The position numbers were made by a program, and so were the translations under genes. From IMG/VR virus record IMGVR_UViG_3300027586_000007, positions 1-64,000 of that record: a stretch of DNA of 64,000 bases. One strand, 5' to 3'. Position 1 is the first letter of the stretch, and each line of letters begins with the position of its first letter. This DNA is from a virus. Taxonomy: Duplodnaviria > Caudoviricetes. Below, piece by piece: positions 61,080-64,000 of this stretch. The notes below the pieces were generated by a model, which was not told the DNA's origin, made no database searches, and was given only the letters and a program-made list of their open reading frames with translations.

Positions 61080-61727
61080 ATGTCAAATGAAAAAAAGGTA
61101 TTAATAGTTGGTGGGACTTCCTGCATAGCAAAAGAAATAATAGAGGCCCTAGAGTCTAATCAATATAAGATAAATTTAATGACCTTTAGACAGCAATGGA
61201 AAATTTATGGTGATTATACTTGGGCTTATTGTGATCTTGAAGAAGTAGATAGCGTAAATAATCTAATAGATTTAATAAAAAAAGATAAATATTCAAAGAT
61301 GATTTTTTTACCAGGCAATTCTTTAGGTCCAGTAGTTGGTGAGCATTCCTATGAACAACTTGAGGCATTTTATAATGCGTTTGTTTTTAGGTATAATTTT
61401 TTAATTAAAGAAGCCTCTAAGTGTTTAACAGAAGACGGACAAATTATTTCTATATCTTCTATAGCTGCTAATATAGCAATTAATGACGCACACTATTCTG
61501 CAGTAAAGGCTGGCGTTCAGGCATTTGTAAAATCCCTATCGCTTAAGCTAAGGCCAAACCAATCTGCTTTTTCAATATCTCCAGGGTTAATATATAACTC
61601 TACTACATTTAATAAACAAAAATATATTGGTGACATATCTGAGTTAGCAACTAAAGATCAGATAGCTAAAATCATAGCTAACGCTGACAAAAGTTATAAT
61701 GGTAAAGTCATAGAGATTGGTTACTAG
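61080..61727 (+). CDS. Short-chain dehydrogenase/reductase
   Basis: VLIVGGTSCIAK (degenerate Rossmann), ISISSIAA, YSAVK, ISPG. Confidence 0.82.
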   Translation: MSNEKKVLIVGGTSCIAKEIIEALESNQYKINLMTFRQQWKIYGDYTWAYCDLEEVDSVNNLIDLIKKDKYSKMIFLPGNSLGPVVGEHSYEQLEAFYNAFVFRYNFLIKEASKCLTEDGQIISISSIAANIAINDAHYSAVKAGVQAFVKSLSLKLRPNQSAFSISPGLIYNSTTFNKQKYIGDISELATKDQIAKIIANADKSYNGKVIEIGY

Positions 61728-61742
61728 TTTAAACTAACATTC

Positions 61743-61751
61743 TGCTATAAT
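61743..61751 (+). promoter_or_regulatory. Extended -10 TGCTATAAT
   Basis: Upstream of 61794; a leader hairpin follows. Confidence 0.6.
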
Positions 61752-61793
61752 TACTAAGTAAGCAAAAATATTGCATTACTTAGGAGATCCTAA

Positions 61794-63914
61794 TTGACTA
61801 GAAAGTTAAGAATATTTACAGCCTTCCTGCTCTCAGTAGGTTGGCTTTTTGCTGGTCCCTCCCAAGCTAATGCTGCAGACACACTAATAAACGGATCCTT
61901 CTCGTCAACTGGTGGTGGATGGTCTGGGGCAAATATCACTGGCTCAGCAAACAATAATGCCTCCTGCGACAATGGTGGCCCAAGTATGGGCGCTTGGGAT
62001 GACGATGCACTTGTTATGTCGTATGTTAACACGCCAGTTACTCAAGTAGTAACAATATCTCAACCATCTGCAGTTGTTTTTACAGTAAATGCTCGGAATA
62101 GATCAGATGTTCCTGGAGCCCAGTCTACAATAAGGATTCAAGATTCTAATCAAAATATTTCAACGGCAGGAAACTACTCAGTTGATGGTGTCAGTAAAAC
62201 ACTTACCGTTACTACCACCTCTGCAAATGAAAATGTAACAATAACAATAAGCGGAACAGACGGATTAGGCTGGGCTGGATGCTACGGAACTATATTTACT
62301 AATGCCTCTTTATCTGTGACACCAACAGTTGTTAAAACTATTGGAGCCCCAAGAAATTTAACCATATCTAGCAATGAAACATCAACCGTACTGTCCTGGC
62401 AAGCACCAGATACTGGTAACACACAGCCAGAAAGATATGCTATAAGTTTTAATTGCTCTGGGTGTAATGGCTGGGGAATTGCAACTGGAAATGTTGGCGG
62501 ACCAAATTCTTTAAACACAACAATTACAATTGATCACTCTTTGTTAGACGGCCTTCGCCCTGCAGGAACCGTATGGTCATTCCATATTAGATCAGATAAC
62601 GACACGTTTGCTCTTTACTCTGCAAACTCAAATGTTGTTACTGGGTCTACATATGTAGCACCAACACCCACACCAACGCCTACACCAACCCCAACACCAA
62701 CGCCTACACCAACTCCTACACCAGAGCCTTCACCTACACCAACCCCAACACCAACGCCTACACCAACTCCTACACCAACGCCAGAGCCTAGCCCTACACC
62801 CGCACCTACTCCTGTGCCAACACAAACGGCAGCACCAGAGCCAGTCACAGTAGTTCCTACTGGGCCAACTGCTGAAGAGATTGCAGCGCAAGTAGCAGCA
62901 CAGTTATCTGCACAACAAGCGGAAGCAGCAAGAATACAAGCAGAAGCAGCAGCATTAATTGCACAACAGGCAGCAGCAGCACAGGCAGAAGCAAATAGGC
63001 TTGCAGAATTAGCTGCAGCAAATGCAGAGGCAAATAGAATAGCAGCAGAACTTGCGGCTAAAGTTGCAGCAGAAGCAGCAGCAATGGCAGAAGAAGCGGC
63101 AAGAATACAGGCAGAAATAAATGCAAATGCCGAAGCTGCTCGTATAGCAGCAGAACTTGCAGCATTAGAGGCAGAAATTAAAGCAGCAGCACAGGCAGAA
63201 GCAGACCGTATTGCAGAGGAAGCAGCAGAGGCACAAGCAGAAGCAAATGCTAAAGCAGAAGCTGATAGAATTGAAGCAGAACAAAAGGCTATGGAACAAG
63301 AAATAGCAAACGCTAAAGCAGAAAAGGAAGCGGCAATAGCAGAAGAAAAGGCGGAAATTGCAGAAGAGTTAGCGGCAATTAAAGAAGAAGAAGAAAAAGT
63401 TGTTGAAGAGATAAAGAAAGCCGTAGAGTCTGGAAAAGAATTAACTGAAGAGCAAAAGGATGTTGTAGTGGCAGCATTAATAGAAACATTGGCACCAGGA
63501 GAATCAATTTCAGTAGCACAAGTTGTAGCGGCTGGAGTTGAGCTTAAAGATTTGCCACCAGATACTCCAATTGAAGTTAGAACATCAGAGTCTGGCGAAG
63601 TCTTAATTATTACTGCTGAGGTGGCAGCAAATATTGAATTAGTTACAGATCCAGGAGCATTGGTGGAGGCAATATTTACAGATCCACAGGCAGCACTTGC
63701 TGCTATTGGAAGTATAGGCGCTGACATGACTGATGAAGAAAGAAAAGAAGCAACTGAGATGGTTGTAGCAACAGTTGTAGCAACAGGTGCAGCATTAAAT
63801 GCTGTAGGTGCCGCTACAGGAACCACTGGAGGGTCCACAGGACATAGTTCTGGAGGATCAGGTGGCGGAGGAGCCGTAGGCGATTCCAAGGGAATAAGGA
63901 GAAGAAGACCATGA
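61794..63914 (+). CDS. Exported/membrane protein: signal peptide, beta-sandwich + FN3, (PT)n linker, Ala/Glu coiled coil, hydrophobic C-terminal segment
   Basis: [28 protein letters not shown]; GAPRNL..LSWQAP FN3; PTPTPT...; EAARIQAE repeats; [18 protein letters not shown]. Confidence 0.75.
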   Translation: MTRKLRIFTAFLLSVGWLFAGPSQANAADTLINGSFSSTGGGWSGANITGSANNNASCDNGGPSMGAWDDDALVMSYVNTPVTQVVTISQPSAVVFTVNARNRSDVPGAQSTIRIQDSNQNISTAGNYSVDGVSKTLTVTTTSANENVTITISGTDGLGWAGCYGTIFTNASLSVTPTVVKTIGAPRNLTISSNETSTVLSWQAPDTGNTQPERYAISFNCSGCNGWGIATGNVGGPNSLNTTITIDHSLLDGLRPAGTVWSFHIRSDNDTFALYSANSNVVTGSTYVAPTPTPTPTPTPTPTPTPTPTPEPSPTPTPTPTPTPTPTPTPEPSPTPAPTPVPTQTAAPEPVTVVPTGPTAEEIAAQVAAQLSAQQAEAARIQAEAAALIAQQAAAAQAEANRLAELAAANAEANRIAAELAAKVAAEAAAMAEEAARIQAEINANAEAARIAAELAALEAEIKAAAQAEADRIAEEAAEAQAEANAKAEADRIEAEQKAMEQEIANAKAEKEAAIAEEKAEIAEELAAIKEEEEKVVEEIKKAVESGKELTEEQKDVVVAALIETLAPGESISVAQVVAAGVELKDLPPDTPIEVRTSESGEVLIITAEVAANIELVTDPGALVEAIFTDPQAALAAIGSIGADMTDEERKEATEMVVATVVATGAALNAVGAATGTTGGSTGHSSGGSGGGGAVGDSKGIRRRRP
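62661..62823 (+). repeat. Coding (Pro-Thr)n repeat
   Basis: cca aca / cct aca / cca acg units encoding PTPTPT...PEPSPT. Confidence 0.9.
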
Positions 63915-64000
63915 TAAAGAAAATAATCAAAGATATGATAGATCAACTTTGGACACTTCTAGGTATGTTTATTGCCTGGGTAGTCCTTGATGGTTCTGCA
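63911..64000 (+). CDS. 3'-truncated small membrane protein
   Basis: ATGA overlap; [30 protein letters not shown]... Confidence 0.6.
   Translation, partial: MIKKIIKDMIDQLWTLLGMFIAWVVLDGSA

Noticed and set aside
62615-63946. 443-aa antisense ORF
   Set aside because: Mirror of the gca/gaa-rich and PT-repeat sense gene, which lacks antisense stops; no RBS or domain.
1-64000. Stop-codon reassignment
   Set aside because: Genes are full-length under code 11, TAA/TAG/TGA all end genes at overlap junctions, and there is no suppressor tRNA.

Overview
This 64 kb window is part of a large, AT-rich, tailed dsDNA phage genome, and almost all of it is coded on the + strand. A siphovirus-like tail is indicated by a tail tube, a -1 frameshifted chaperone, a 2928-aa tape measure and no sheath. 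Gene order: fibre/adhesin-like genes (1-5.1 kb, including an FN3 + Pro/Phe-repeat + C-terminal Hint protein); five prolyl-4-hydroxylase-like 2OG-Fe(II) oxygenases around a DUF6065-like gene (5.2-9.6 kb); collagen/S74 fibre and LamG proteins; an HK97-type head module, neck and tail (12.6-38.8 kb); a bacterial-type replisome (DnaB, DnaG, SSB, DnaE, RecA, Cas4-like and RuvC-like nucleases; 39-53 kb); terminase; two tRNAs; CHAP endolysin; and accessory genes (GMP reductase/IMPDH-like, thermonuclease, Hsp20, APS-kinase/nucleotidyltransferase fusion, SDR, PT-repeat exported protein). Many sigma70-type promoters sit 6-7 nt before an ATG (leaderless), which points by inference to an actinobacterial host. 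The top candidates for new biology are: (1) a Pro/Phe-repeat Hint protein next to a P4H-like oxygenase battery; (2) a HipA/PI3K-like kinase domain and other cassettes inside the tape measure protein; (3) a ROSE-like RNA thermometer on hsp20; (4) a miniature PAPS-synthase-like fusion. All family assignments come from motifs recognised by eye; no database searches were run.
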